Shown: positions 24,234 to 38,666, counted from the whole stretch's first letter. The stretch: DNA of 57,898 bases, filler included, from Sphacelaria rigidula (GCA_964200075.2; 6 parts of 6 records of this genome joined end to end with filler, not necessarily neighbours in it), one strand, 5' to 3'. The notes: generated by a model from the letters alone, not told the origin. A program made the numbers and translations.

Positions 24234-24351
24234 CCGTTCGGGAACCCAGTGTTGATTTTTGTTTTTGTGAACCGGCGTCACTTTCAGTCATTTTCGAGTC
24301 AAAATGATGGCCGAATTACAAAAGAGAAATCGGCACTGGGTTCCGAAAGGG
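24234..24351. mobile_element. piggyBac-type (TTAA) MITE, ~118 bp; relative at 50389-50505
   Basis: TTAA|CCGTTCGGGAACCCAGTG ... CACTGGGTTCCGAAAGGG|TTAA. Confidence 0.85.
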
Positions 24352-25028
24352 TTAAGCTTTTTCACGAAAATTGGACCCTTGTTCAAAGATTGGTCGTTCG
24401 TGCTGTATGACCGGTATCATGGAGATATTAAGATGGTGCGTGTGGTAATTAAACGCGTACGCTGAAGAGGAAGGACTCCAGCCGCTCAAGTCCGGGCTAA
24501 TACCCTCTGTATGTAACAGAATAATCCGCGAGGGCTCTCGGTGTCTTGCTGGTGATTACCGTTGGTTTGGAAGATGACTTGCTCCAGGGTGATGATGCCA
24601 ATCGATAAACCGACTTTACATGCAGTTCGGAGGGCATTAGCTCGTCAGAGGTCAGTGTATACAGAAAATAATTCATCATCCTCCCATGACACCACAACCA
24701 TCATTCTTATTATTATTCCAGGAACTGTTGGAAACGTTTCACGGTAACGCATCACCCCGTGATCCCTCCCCCCTCCCGGCGTATGTCCTGACTCGACCTC
24801 TTATTTTTCTCGAGTAGAATCGTACGCACGATTTGCTTTTTCGGTATGTTACCTTTCAAACGACTGTGCTGTACAGTACGGGGTTATTACTACGAACCTC
24901 CCCCCACCCACCCCCCTCCCCCCCGGCGCCCAATTTCTCAGAACTCATCCTATTTCTTTTCCTTTTTCATACTTCCTTTTGAGCTTCGAAACAATATTCC
25001 TCTTGCTTTCGTTTTGTCTCACGAGCAG

Positions 25029-25193
25029 GTGAAAGCTGGTGTAGTGAACGTGCTTTCAGAGCTAAGCACGAGCTACAAGGAAAAAAACCAGTTGTACTGC
25101 GCCCGAGCATTGTGCAACCTGGCTTGCCATCACGGCAGCGAAAGAGCCTTGGTGGAGGGGGGGGGCGTAGCTGCCCTCATGATGATCGCGCTG
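25029..25193 (+). CDS. Armadillo-repeat protein, internal exon
   Basis: gcag acceptor, CTG|GTGAGA donor, phase 0. Encodes VKAGVVNVLSELS...CARALCNLACHHGSERALVEGGGVAALMMIAL. Confidence 0.88.
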
Positions 25194-26739
25194 GTGAGAA
25201 GATCACATATGCCGAACAGAACAATCAAAGTTGAGGCGTTGGTGATTCGTTCCAGGACACGTCCTTCACAGAGCAGCCTGCGCTGCTTCCGTGTCGAATT
25301 ACGCGCAACGATGAAACGCGTTTTTCAAGTGGATCTGTGGAGTTTTGCCTGGAACGCTGCACTTCCTGATCGCTCCGGAGGTCTGACGCGATGTGACGGT
25401 AAATGATCTTCGTGTGGAATATGCATAATGAAGCGCCGGAAACTCAATATCGCTCCACTCGATCCGATATCTCGGGCGTATGGAGAAATATAATAAGCAG
25501 AAGGAGAGACGAAAAAGTGACGCGAATCGTGAATGAATTACTGTATACGATAGCATGAAAGACACTCCTAGTCAGCATCGTCGCAATCACTGTAGAGCGG
25601 GATCCTGAAAAATGGGAACAAGAGTGTTGTTTTTGTGAACGAACTGAGAACGAAAATGTGCATGATATTACGACTGATACCCACCCGTCATACGAACTCT
25701 CCTCTAGCTCTTGCATGGGGCAGGTCTGTAGGCTCAAGGGATCAATCAAACTTACCTCTTTCCTCGTAATTGTCTTGAAATTTATCATCGAGCATCGGGT
25801 TGGATCATGGCTTTCAGCGCTCCCGTAGCCTATCGGCGGTCATGGAACTACATTACATGCACTCAGCCGGTGCACCTGGCGTGCTTCCATTATTATTGCA
25901 CACACTGTACTGCAGCGGGTCGGACGCATGGCACAGTGATTTGGAAGCATTATAATGGTACAGGAGTACCGCACGTCATGGGACTGCAGCTATGTAGTTA
26001 CTCCCCACCGTGTGTTCTTGATTTATCGGGCGATTTATTGATCGATAGGCCTACATCAGCTGATCCGCCACGGATCAAGCTGTGGTCATCATGTATCGAG
26101 CGAAACAAGTAAAGAATCATGAGGCGCCATTTTTAGTCAAGCGGCAAATGAAAAAATATTCTCGCTTGAGCCACTATCTAGTGTCTTCGTCCGTGCCACT
26201 CTACGGGTGCATGGTAGGCCGGTGTCGACTTATAAAAACTATCTACAGTTTGTTCATATTTCAAGATTGATCAAAATGACAGAATCTATACATAAATACA
26301 TTTTAATGAAAGATTCATCAGGAGTTATTTTTCGAATACGATTCGTTGTTATTTTGTTTTAATGAGCTTTTTTTGATGATCGACTACGGCATCACAACTT
26401 AGTAATCGAACCACACTTCGAACAAGCAGGACAAGACCATATCGCTTCCCCCTGGCGGAAACTAAATGAAACCAAAGCAACCAACGATAGCCACGCATTT
26501 GATCAATTGATCAAATCATTCATGTGTCTACCCTCGTGCTTGCTTCGGCTTCTCCCGAGATGTGTATGTCCATCCTCACTCACCCCTGCCTCCCTCTCAC
26601 CGCCCCCCCCTCCCAAACTTTGGTGGGCCAGCGTGAAAGTCTAGAGAGATAGAAACAACTACAGTATCCCTCTGTGTGCATGTATGTGCATAAACTTGCC
26701 CCCAGTTGATCGTCCTGTATATACATGTACTCATGGCAG

Positions 26740-26829
26740 GTGCGAAGTGTTAGCTTGGAGACAAAGCAGATCTGCGCCAAGGCGCTGCTGAATCTCGTTG
26801 CCGAAGATACGCTGCCGGCACTCATACAG
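26740..26829 (+). CDS. Armadillo-repeat protein, internal exon
   Basis: ggcag acceptor, CAG|GTGGGA donor, phase 0. VRSVSLETKQICAKALLNLVAEDTLPALIQ continues the ARM repeat. Confidence 0.85.
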
Positions 26830-27374
26830 GTGGGAAGAAACCTCATCGCATATATAATTTTTTCACCCATCGTGTGTAGAGATCAATACGTAAAGGTGTG
26901 GCCAATTGGATGATCTCAGAATTTTCCGCGCGATACAGCACGAGATAGGTGTTGACGTTCTGTGGTATTTCTTGTATTAACGACACATATACATATCGTA
27001 TTGCTTCTAAAGGACCGGTACTAAATATTATCCTGGTGTGTTTTGTGTTGAGGTGAGGAGGAGGGTTTTTTGGTTGCTGACGTTGCTCTCTTTTTTTAAA
27101 CGAATATTTTTCGTTTTTCTACTTCTTTGGCAGGTCTTTCCCGGTGCTTCACTTGGGTAGGTTAATCTTGTGGCCGTCGTTACTGGTAGCGAACCAGTAA
27201 TGTAAATCAGTGCGCGACAACGAGTGATATATCTATCCAACCAATTGATCATGTGTTTAACTCCTCTGTGATCTTCCAAATCCTCCCTCGTCCCATGGTC
27301 GAGTATTACTTCCAGATCCCGATGATCGAAATGTACCCGAACGACGGGGTGATTCATGGGTAAAAAATTGCACC

Positions 27375-27615
27375 GACACACCCAGTTTTCGAGACATCCC
27401 AATTTGCAACACACCCCGATTTTCTAGGCACCCCAATTTTGGAGGCACCCAGATTTCCGAGACACCCCAATTTTCCCGACACCACAGTTATCGAGAGGCC
27501 CCATTTTTCAAGGCACACCACTTCTCAAGACACCCCAATTCTCAAGACACTCCAACTTTCGAAACACCCCAATATTTAAGACACCCCAATTTTCGAGAAA
27601 CATCGATTTCCAGGA
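27375..27615. repeat. ~17-bp minisatellite (consensus GACACCCCAATTTTCGA), about 14 degenerate units
   Basis: Directly visible tandem units. Confidence 0.9.
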
Positions 27616-27984
27616 CAAGTCCAAATCGGAAGAAGAGAGTACTGAATTCAAGTAATGAGCTACCAGACGTGGTTGGCCCTTGAAACTTAAGTTCATTCAT
27701 ATGTTGAAAGTACGCTGCCGGAGGGGGAGCAAGGATATACACTCTGGTCTCGAGAGATTGGTGCGAGTTGACCGCGGGTCCAATAAACACCAGTAAGGTG
27801 GCTGAGTTTCGGAGTTGCGCGGATACTACCCTGTACCAATGATCCGCTCACCTAACGAGTGACGCACGTGTGTCAGGCCAGCCCTGCAGCTAGCTGCTGC
27901 AGTGGCTTCAGCGTACCTTTACGATGGTTTCTACCGATGTGCAAGGCATTTGTATACGCCAAAACTCGGGGGGGTGGAGGGAAA

Positions 27985-28290
27985 GGGGTATTTATGATAT
28001 TGCATGCCGTAGTCATAGGGCCATTAACTTTGCATCCCCACAAAGCCGGGACGGAGCACGCCGGGTTTTCGTCGGACCAGGGTCGCAGTCAACCACCAAG
28101 CGCGAAGCGCCGTGATGTGTTCGGCGGGTCACGTGAGGGGTGAGTTGCATCTGCTTGGGTTATTTGGCCTGAAGCGTACTAATTATCTTGCAAATAGATG
28201 ACAGGCTCCAATGAGTTGCTTCGCTTTCTGGTATCGTCACAACCAGAGACAGCCACGGGTTACACACCGTGTCCTGAGTATCTCACCATT
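27985..28290 (+). repeat. Family A repeat, 5' part
   Basis: Homology to 38790-39100 and to the reverse complement of 5460-5764. Confidence 0.88.
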
Positions 28291-30228
28291 TAAACGGAGA
28301 GACAGGGGAGGGGGAGGGGACAAGACGGAATTGAGAGGTGTGCCACCGCTTGTTCCAACGCGCCCGTGTTGCGTATACGAGCATCATGTTTTTTTCCCGT
28401 TTGTGGCTTATATTATGGATCATAGACAGTATATTAGTTGGAACATGGTACCATCAGGTACTGCATCAGGTTCAAACTCTAGTGCTACTTTTGCAGGTTT
28501 GCATTCGCAAATCCTTTATACTGAATATATGCTACACTGAAGGGATGTAGATAAGTACCCATCACCCCGTTGTTCAGGTCAAAAGTGCTGAAAACGAGTG
28601 AACAGAGAAGAAGAGTGTCGAATTTGATGTCGACGGATAAGTTTATCATTGTTTTTCTACTTCCTTCGTCTCACTTCCAACTCCTCCCCTTCCTCGGGGG
28701 GAGTACATGGTCTGATGGTATCAAGGGATCAACCCATCCCTCTCACTGCGTTTTGTCTTACATTCCTGTGCCGTAAAACTATTGGCTCCCGTGATTTTTT
28801 TCTTCACTACTGAGCCATGCTACGATAGGGAGGGGGTGTACTCATGATCATGCATGCCATAGTCATAAGACCATTGACCTCGCATCCCTACAAAGCCCGG
28901 NNNNNNNNNNNNNNNNNNNNNNNNNNNNNNNNNNNNNNNNNNNNTTAATTAATTAANNNNNNNNNNNNNNNNNNNNNNNNNNNNNNNNNNNNNNNNNNNN
29001 GGTGATATCGTCATCGACACGCGTGTGCACCGCATTCGTTAGGTGCACCTAGCCACAGCTGCTCAAGTGCTGCGGACGTTTGGGGGAGAAGATGGCTTCG
29101 TTCGGTCGTAAATGTTTCACGTAATCCCTGCAAAAACAAAATGCCACGTCAACCTCATTTTTTAGATGGACCCCATTTTGCAGGATCCACTGTTATGAGG
29201 TCGTCCATGTGGAAGTCACTTGTCACGACTGCAGGTCAGGAAAAGCACTGCTTTAGAGTTGAAACTCATGAGTGGTTCTACGACAGACAGGGGTGCACCT
29301 ATTTTTCTGAGCCTCAGTGTGCAGCCTCAGACACTCTTGGACTAAGAAGTGCACCCCTACCGAAGAATCACTCTCATTTTTATGTCCAACCTCGTTTTCG
29401 AAGATGATCTCGTGATGCCCTTTTTATCAACATCAAGTTCTTTTTTAAACTCGACACCGTTTGCACCCATGACAAGTTCCGTAGTAGAGTGTGAGGTCGT
29501 GTAGCACACTCGTGATCCCTTTCTCGTTCCAACCCCCCCTTTTTTGTAGGATCAGACACGAGTCTGGTTGTGGTTACAACACGCACCCGAGGTAGATAGA
29601 TGGACTCACTCGCCAAAGAAGACTCGAAATTACGGGGAAATAGAAAAAGCAGGGAAGTCACAGCGGGCTACTGAAAGCAAAAAAAGCGAAGATTTAGCAG
29701 TGTCGGTGCCCAGAAAAACCTGATGGGGCCCTACCAGGGCTTGAGGGAGGTACGAAGCCCATGTGTGAAACAACACCGAGGAAATGTGTTGCGACCCGGT
29801 CATCTGGCAGTTGCACTATTCGGGCAGGACCTCCCACTCACCGGTTCTACAGCTGCAAGAACACACGAGTGCTGGAGTACTGCACGTGGAACGCCGTAGA
29901 GAGAAAGGGAAAGAAAGGGAACAAGAGAAAGGAGAAAAAGAGCAGAAACTAGGAAAGAGAGGAGAAGAGGAGAACACAGAAACGAAGCGGAACACAGACA
30001 GGAAGCAGAGCTAGAGTTGAAAGCAGAGGAGAGAAATCTGCAGCCGATAAAACAAAAGAGGGGTATAAGTTCCCGTCTCCCCCCCCTTTTCCCTCCTCAT
30101 CCATAGGAAGGTATAACGCGGGCCGCTCTCTCGATATTGTTCACCACCCTTGACCTAATAAGTGGTCGGTACAGATCTAAAATGATCATATCCGTACAGG
30201 CCATTTGTTTCGGTTCAAAGTGGTCTGT

Positions 30229-30273
<45 letters not shown>

Positions 30274-30281
30274 TGTTGCTG

Positions 30282-30512
30282 AGCAGTGCTACAATAGGGG
30301 TTGCACTTTTTTAGCGAAAACGCTGCTCGGGGCTGCTCGGGGTGTTGGACGGAAGATGATGCCGATCCGCGAAAGGACCCTGCGCGCAAACACCATGTTT
30401 CTCGGAGTCCGGTCCCCGGAGATTTGGGTTGTAGGGTAAGCCCCCATATATTTGGGCTCCTACAAAAAAGAGACCCAGAAAAAAAAGGGGCAACCCCTGC
30501 CGTAGCATTGCT
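30282..30512. mobile_element. MITE (~230 bp) next to a (CTG)n tract
   Basis: Imperfect ~30-bp TIR AGCAGTGCTACAATAGGGGTTGCACTTTTTT / AAAAAGGGGCAACCCCTGCCGTAGCATTGCT. Confidence 0.75.
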
Positions 30513-31650
30513 TTGCTGATGCTGCTGCTGTTGTACCTGCGGAGACGGCAGCTTTTTTATGCATGGCTCTCAGCGCAACAAACCAAGCGACAGCCACTTA
30601 TTTTTTGTAACGTAGATCGGATTGGCAGAAGTCTAAGTATATACTCGGAAGTTAGGACTCGTCTGGGGCACACACAGCCTTCCGCAAACCACGCGCACGA
30701 TGCTTCGGTCGGAAGGTTCTTCGTAATCGTTGCTATGACGACCACGATGTGTCTGAAGGCTCCTATGTCAGTGGGGAAAAGGACGCTAGACGCGTACGCA
30801 CGCTTCGACAGCACGCAAAGCGCGCAAAATACTTGAATAAAATGCGATGTTTCATGTACCAGAGAACATTAATTCCTACATGCTGTCATATTAGGTGTGG
30901 TGAGAGAATAGGACAAGATTTTGTTCTTGTCCACGTTGCCCGAACGTAAGATATCTATTCAGTCCATGATAGTGTCCATGAAACACGTCGTCAGATGTCT
31001 GCGTTGATTTTCTCTCCACAGATTTATGCCGTTCTAGTTGACCCGCCAGGCAGTGATAGCAGCAAGCTTCGACGAAAAACTGGAGAGCTAAAAGAACACA
31101 CCGTACGAAGCAGGCACAACGGGAAAAAAAAGTAAGCAGTTTCTGATTGGTCGGTCAGTGTTCGCAAAAATCATGGACGATTACTAATAACGTTGAGCTT
31201 CGGGAAAGGTGTTGTCTGCCACACGTTCGTCTGAGCAGAGCACCACACGAACCTCGAACAACTGAAGGTATTTATGTCCGACAGAACAATACACAGCAAC
31301 ACACGGGACTGAAGTGCATTGTGCCTCATGTACTTCCGCCGTACTACTATTCGGTCGTATCTCTGGTACAACTATAAAGACATGCGCGGACATGCACTTG
31401 AATAATTAACTACGGGGGAGGGGAAATGTCTTTTGGTGTAGAAGGAGTGCGGGAACATTTTTGGGCCCACCAGAACTCTGTTCTGAATGAGGTTGATGAA
31501 TGGGGATGAGAGCATATCTTCCTTTTCACCTACTAAGCACCAATCGTTTTGGGCAACTCGGCCTGCTTGATACACATACCCGTGTGCACCCACCGTGCCC
31601 GTAGGCACGCGGCCCCCCTCTTTATTCGGAAACCTCGGCGCGGGCTAGCG

Positions 31651-34013
31651 CTATACCTCCAACCGTTGGCGGTACCCCTCTATAACCACCGCAGGATTGA
31701 CTCTACTAACCGTCACGCCACCAGCAGCGTGCCCTCCATGTTGGGCATCTCCGCTTCCCGATAAAGCGCGCGCACTACTACTACTATCACTGCGCCATGC
31801 CTTTGAAGATGTGTGTGGCGGGCGGACTATGCCACCGGACGGTGTGCCACCGCCAGCAATGCCACCGCCGACGTTAATTTTCATCGCTATTGGTGCTCGG
31901 CCGTTGCCGCTACTACTGCTACCCCACGGTTGTCGCCGACCGCCCCGGCCAACCGTGGCCGCCACCGCTGCTACCGTCGCCACTGATGCCGTAGCCACCG
32001 TAGTCACCAAATCCACAGGTTTTGCCTCAGATGGTTGTGCAGTCACCGTTGCCACTGCTGCGTGTTGAGCATTCGTTCCATCGCCAGCGGCGCTTGAGGC
32101 ATGGGTGAAGGATGGCAAAGACGAGCGGACAGATACGTCGGTGCTCGCAGCGGGGACAACCGCAGTCATCTGCTTATCTTTCTCGGCCGAGTTTTGTTGT
32201 TCAGCCCGTCCAAGCCCTCGCCTAAGCTGCTGTTGCTGCTGCTGTTGCTGCTGAGGAGAGCGGGCGTTTTGCGTGGTAAGTGTCGAGAGTCGCACTCGCA
32301 AGGACGGTTGATTGCGGTGGTGCGAAGACGGCGCGCTCGCCCGAGTAGTAGAAGCTGCCGTCGATGCCGACGTCGTAGCCGGCTGTGCAGGCGACACCTC
32401 CGACTCCTTGCTAGGATTCTCCCGTGCGGGGGCGACAGCAGAGACAACGGTGTTGTTATGTCGTGCCGAGAGTAGCGCTGCCGTCCCCTCCGTGAAAGGA
32501 CGAGCGCGTCGCACTCCTGTGGTCGCAGGCCGCGGACCAGAAATCGTCAATGCTCCCGCATCATTCTCACCACCGCCGGCCCCGACAGCAATCGCGGGTC
32601 CCGTCGGGCGTGATAGGTTAAAGTCCGCGGAGAGTCGAGGTGTCGGCGCTGATGACTTCAAAGGTGCTCGAGCAGTGAGGGGTCGACGCGGTGGTGCTGG
32701 TTTTCCCCTTTCCGTTTGTCGGTAGGAGCTACCACCGCCGACACCGCCGCCCCCTCCGCTGCTGCTGGCACTGCTATTACTGCTGCCACCGCTGTCCCGT
32801 CGAGGGTGACTGCTTCTATTTTTGGTAGATGCGGCTTCCAAGGCGCCTGTATCTCGCAACTTTGGTCGAGTCCTTGCCGTCTGACTCGCGGACAATATTG
32901 TCGCTTCCCCGGCGCGGGCCGAGGTACTTCGCTCGCCTTTCCCGAGGTTCTCTGCCACCGAGTGCCCAATCCCTCGGAGCGAGAGAAGCGGTACCGCATG
33001 ATGTCGTTGGGAAGATTGTGCTGGCTGCCTCGCTTCGCCATTTATTTCGGCGGTAGCACCGCCGCCGCTATTTGCTTCCCGTGTCTCGCGCCGCATCCCC
33101 CCTCTTGTATATGCTTCGGTTTCTGGAGAACGGTAACTCGGCCGTGACACAGACGCAGATCGAGCGCGAGGTCTACTTTCTCTAGCATTGATTGGTGGCC
33201 TCGAGACCGCAGGTGCTGCGCTACCACCGGCGATTGCTGTTGCTGCCGAGTCCCGTCGCCGAACGACCGACCTCCCTGATCGTGAACTCGACGTAGATGA
33301 CGCGCAAGACGGGTTTCCCTTGCTGCCCGCGGCACTGGCACTCATGTCGGGTGCACTTGCATTCACCGCCGATATCATCTTCGCCGATGCTTGTGTAGCC
33401 GCCGGTGGCTGAGCCCCAGCCGCACCTACGCGAACTCCTGCCACAAGTCGAGCGTTGTCAGAGACAGCAATCTTGCCCGAAGCATTGCTCACAATTGCGG
33501 AGCATGCGGCCACCGCCGTCGCTCTTGCCGCCACTGCCGATGTTTTCTCCTTTTGCCCACTCTCGCGGAAACTTTGCCCACGCCCGCCTTCGCTAACCCC
33601 TACCCCTGTGCGTGCTCCACCCGAAGCGCCCGCCCTTGGCGCCTTCTTACCCCTCAAGTCCCGCTTGAGAAGCAAATGGTACGCGGTACCCACAGGGTCG
33701 TGCCGCCCGCTCAAAATCCCTTCCGCAGCGACCTCCGCCGCTGCCGAGGCCACGGTCGCGGCACTCCCCTCCGCCCCCCTGACCCCCCCTCCCCCACCGC
33801 CGCCCGCCAACGCAACAGCAGAAGCTAACAACTTTTCGTCTATATCGGCCCTACGCACTGGCACCGCTGGGTTTGACGTAGGTGCAGCTGGCGGGGTGGC
33901 CGGCGGCGGCGGTACGTTCGGCCCCACGTACCACAAGTGCGCGCGGATTTCTGGTATCGTCGCGCGTTCTGCGGGGTCTGTTTCGAGAATCCGTGACAGC
34001 AGGTGTACGGCGC
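31651..34013 (-). CDS. SNF1/AMPK-related (CAMK group) Ser/Thr kinase, probable terminal exon: subdomain XI, UBA-like segment and long low-complexity tail
   Basis: gtcacag acceptor in phase with the previous exon. AVHLLSRILETDPAERATIPEIRAHLWY is the end of the kinase domain. The frame is open to the stop at 31651, though a donor just before the stop cannot be excluded. Confidence 0.85.
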
Positions 34014-34161
34014 CTGTGACAGCAAAAACATTGCAGTAGCAGCGGCAGTAGAGGCAGTCAACCACGAAGTGCGCATTCGTTGCACAGAAAAGGCCGCAGG
34101 CGCGCCACAGCACCGGCTTCTGAGGGTTCTCCCTCTCAGTTCTGGCAGAACGGGACTCTTA

Positions 34162-34608
<447 letters not shown>

Positions 34609-34724
34609 TCATCCGACGTTCGAGTGAAATCCCGTCAGCTGCACATAATACGTGCAACACAGTCCTTGACGCAATGAGATACCCGGATGAACTTTACCCA
34701 CGCTGAGCTTTTCCGTGGCATCAC

Positions 34725-34795
34725 CTCTTCCCCGCAATCATCTCCGGAGCCGCGTAACAGGGAGACCCGCATGCTGTCCGCAAGAGCTTGCCACC
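34725..34795 (-). CDS. SNF1-related kinase exon (activation loop)
   Basis: GGKLLRTACGSPCYAAPEMIAGK; cag acceptor and AG|GTGATG donor. Confidence 0.95.
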
Positions 34796-35257
34796 CTGCT
34801 TTCCACAGTGCGGGGACAAACGAAAGAAGCACACTTTTGGAGAGGACAACACCAGAACCCATTTGGGACCCGACGACTATATGCTGCTGGGAGTGCATTT
34901 GTCACCGTCTCAGCTCAGTGGATATCCATTGTTCCGTACCCCTTACCGTAGGGATGTGAATCTGATGAAGACAAGTCACAAAAATACTAACAACATATTT
35001 CTTCTTTCTGCCTAGAGCCGATCTTCGTTTCATATTCGCCACCGTCCTTCCCCTCCTTTTAAGTGCTACCGCTCTGTTCCCGATGTTGGGGCGGTGTTCT
35101 AAAGATCCTCGTTTCCGGCGAACCACAACGGCTGAGACCAAACCTCTGTCGGGATGGCGGGGTGAATGGACCTCTGTGCTGGGATTGCGGAAGTGCAAAA
35201 TGCCCCCGCGAGTATGTATTTCACCGTGAACTGAATGCCGTTTCCCGGGGGAGTTTA

Positions 35258-35542
<285 letters not shown>

Positions 35543-36003
35543 TCAAGGCGAAGGATAGTGCGTCGTGTTGAGAGAGACGCAAAAGAACGTCTCACGTCAC
35601 GGCTTCGGTCGTCATTTTCATCGCAGAAAAACAAGGTGGCAAGATACCATCCTCTGAGGGCATAGTGACATTTTCAGAGACCATACAACATTCACGGCAG
35701 AAATCATCCCGAAGCAGGATCGCCACCTTCTATGTTATCACTCCTTACAGGGATTGGACTGAGTCCCAAGAATGACTTCAAAAGTATTTCGTTGACGCTG
35801 ATGAATTCTCGAACTTGTCGTTTCTGTTTCGAGCTGTGCCTATAGCCCTGTTTATTGTTTGTTCGGGTGAAAAATGCAATGCCAAACAGGAGGCAAGATA
35901 CAGTCACATCGAGGAGTAGGGATCACCGGGAAATCCAAAGAACGGGGTGCGCTCGAGCGTCAGGTTGCGCGGGAGTGACGTCCGTTCTGTGTTTCTTGCT
36001 CAC

Positions 36004-36079
36004 CAGCTGTCGAAAAAAAAAGCAAGCTTGGGGTTCCAGCAGCCGCTGATGTCGAACAATATAGTCAAACAGCTCCCCC
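36004..36079 (-). CDS. SNF1-related kinase exon
   Basis: GELFDYIVRHQRLLEPQACFFFRQL with phase-compatible borders. Confidence 0.95.
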
Positions 36080-37535
36080 CTGACGAAGCAAAAAAAATAA
36101 GACAGATCTTGAGGACCCAAGGATTGGAGCGAGCGCACACCGCGTGATGTTCAACAGTAAGCGATACATGTGCCTACCATACTGCACCCTGGACTCTCAA
36201 CCACAAGCCCCTGGTAGCAAGGGTTACACAGGACCAAGGTTCAAGGCGTGAACACACGGGCGATAGAATGATGACGATACTCGGAAGTTGACCCACAATA
36301 CTGCGCGAGCCAGGCGTCAACTTTTCGCCGTATGTTTTTGTGCTATTGCAGCACATTGGTAACGATCAGATCCTACGACATTTTTCGGGTTGAGAGTGTT
36401 CAGTACTCCCGATCTAAACGATCTAAGCGAACAAAACGACATATTACTCGCTCAACGAAACGCGGACAAGCATTGAAGCGATTGCTCGTGAGAACATATT
36501 CATCGTGTCTCCGTTTTCGGCCCGACACCATCCGACGATGTTGAACAAATATCATTTACAGATGAGGAAAAAAAGGCCCGTTCCGTTGCTATTTTGCATC
36601 CGCTGTCATGATCTGATGTATTCCCAAAGCTCGGTCGAATGCCATGCGATCACAAAGTAGGCGCGGGATATCGTCCCCAAGAGGAAGAGCACGCTCCAAT
36701 GTTCGTGGCAGTCGAGTTGGTTGAATATTTCGTATTTCAAGTCAAAAGTACGCAAGCCTGGTAATCCCCCATCTTGTTGACATATGTATTTACATTATTC
36801 CTCTGTCCCGTAAGTATGGGTGGTTATGGGGTGTAGGTCGTATCTCCCGAACGGAGGCGCTTACGATGCCATAGTCAGGATCAGTGAAGATATGAAAGTA
36901 TTGAGATGCTCATATAACAAGAGAAACAAAATAAAATGAATGAATTGTACTGTATTGTGTACACAATTTCGGATCAGAATTTGACCCAATTTTGGCCACT
37001 CCGAATTCGCCTGTGGCCAACTTCGACCGATTGTTACTATCTTCGTGCGAGACAGAAATGACAACGTGACGAAAGCGGTTCAGGACGAGACGTCACTAGC
37101 CTTTGTACAAGAAGTAAGCTAAAACGAAGAGGTGTTGGCCTTTTTTTGCCATGTTTGCCGGGAGGGGGGAGGAGGGGTGCCCCCGGAGGAGGCGCGAAGT
37201 AAGATATTTTCGGGCCGACTGATGTTTTAGCGGCTATTCGGCCGCATGGGTGAAGCACCAACGTTGAAAAAAAAAAGGGTTTTAAGTAAAAAGATATCAA
37301 AGAATGCAACAGCAAAAAACAAATGTGATCGGACACGGGTAAGGGCCCGTACAAATATAACCATCCAGTCCTATGGGCCAGGGGAAGTATGCGCATACCA
37401 CACGTTGATGGCCGGCGTTCGCGACGAGTCGAGACGCACCGCGACATTCCTGCATGGTTGAAATGCTTCACGCGTCAAAAACATATCAAATTTCGCGGGC
37501 ATCATCAGCGGGTATGATAATGGAGAATGACCCAC

Positions 37536-37693
37536 CCGTCACAGTGTTCCATCATGAAATATATCGCAGACGGCGTGTCCAGCACCTCGTACAAGGCGAT
37601 CACGTTGGCATGGCGCACTCTCTTGAGTATCTTGATCTCTCTACTCACCCGTTTGACATCGGCAATCGTCTTTATTCGACTCTTCTCCAAAAC
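37536..37693 (-). CDS. SNF1-related kinase exon (subdomains II-V); upstream exons not found in this scaffold
   Basis: VLEKSRIKTIADVKRVSREIKILKRVRHANVIALYEVLDTPSAIYFMMEHCDG. Confidence 0.95.
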
Positions 37694-38666
37694 CTGGTCG
37701 GGATCGCAGCGAGAGAAAAGCGCAGACAGTAGGCGAGGATCCATGTGCATCAGCTAATCTGAGCCATGTGCTACCCTGTGAACCGAGCACATGCAATGAC
37801 GGGTACCACGACGGCGCGCTCGATATTGCTTGTCACAAGTCCCATCCGCTATCTATTACCAAGTAATTGCACTACACCAGTACCATTCAGGGTCCCAACA
37901 ACGTCCGATCATACCGGGCTGGCGATCCACCAAACTATGCTGTGACCCACATCGGAGATACTACTGTCTGTCTGGCGGAACGATTTAGCGGTGGGATATG
38001 TCGGGTAATCAACCAAATCTCAAAACTGTCTTGAAAGAAAACGCTGAGGGATATTTCTGCGGAAGCGTAATCGTTGGTCAGCGGATTTTTGAGTTCAAAT
38101 TTGTCCCAGCCCCTCGAGGTCTTGCGCTTCATCACAAAGAATGAAAAACAAACTCGGTCTGTTCGAAGATTGTTCGTAACAGCAGGCGTACTGTGGTCGT
38201 TATCGTAAAAAATACGACGAGAAAAGGAAAGAGTACGTCGATATCGCACATGCGCATGTTTGCTGAGCCGTTTAACCGAGTAGTTATGGCTGTTGAATCG
38301 GCGTCATGTATTGACAGCATTTTCGCCACCTTTAGAGTATATAGCTCTTGATCGAGAGGGAGCTTTTTAGCCATCTGTGGGATCGGCATCATTTTTAATT
38401 GTAACGTTACTGCGTGATACAGATTGCAAACCCTGGCGGTCAAAGGGTTAACATTCCGAAGGGTTAGTATAGTCATTCCAACAAAAGCGCACTCCCAGTC
38501 ATACTTCCTCTGTCCCATAAGTCTGTATCGTTATGTTTGTACGAGCCCTTAACGATGTCCGATTTGNNNNNNNNNNNNNNNNNNNNNNNNNNNNNNNNNN
38601 NNNNNNNNNNTTAATTAATTAANNNNNNNNNNNNNNNNNNNNNNNNNNNNNNNNNNNNNNNNNNNN

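Noticed and set aside
31697-34039. Plus-strand ORFs overlapping the kinase tail, and minus-strand ORFs over 53753-54998
   Set aside because: These are antisense shadows of GC-rich coding exons.
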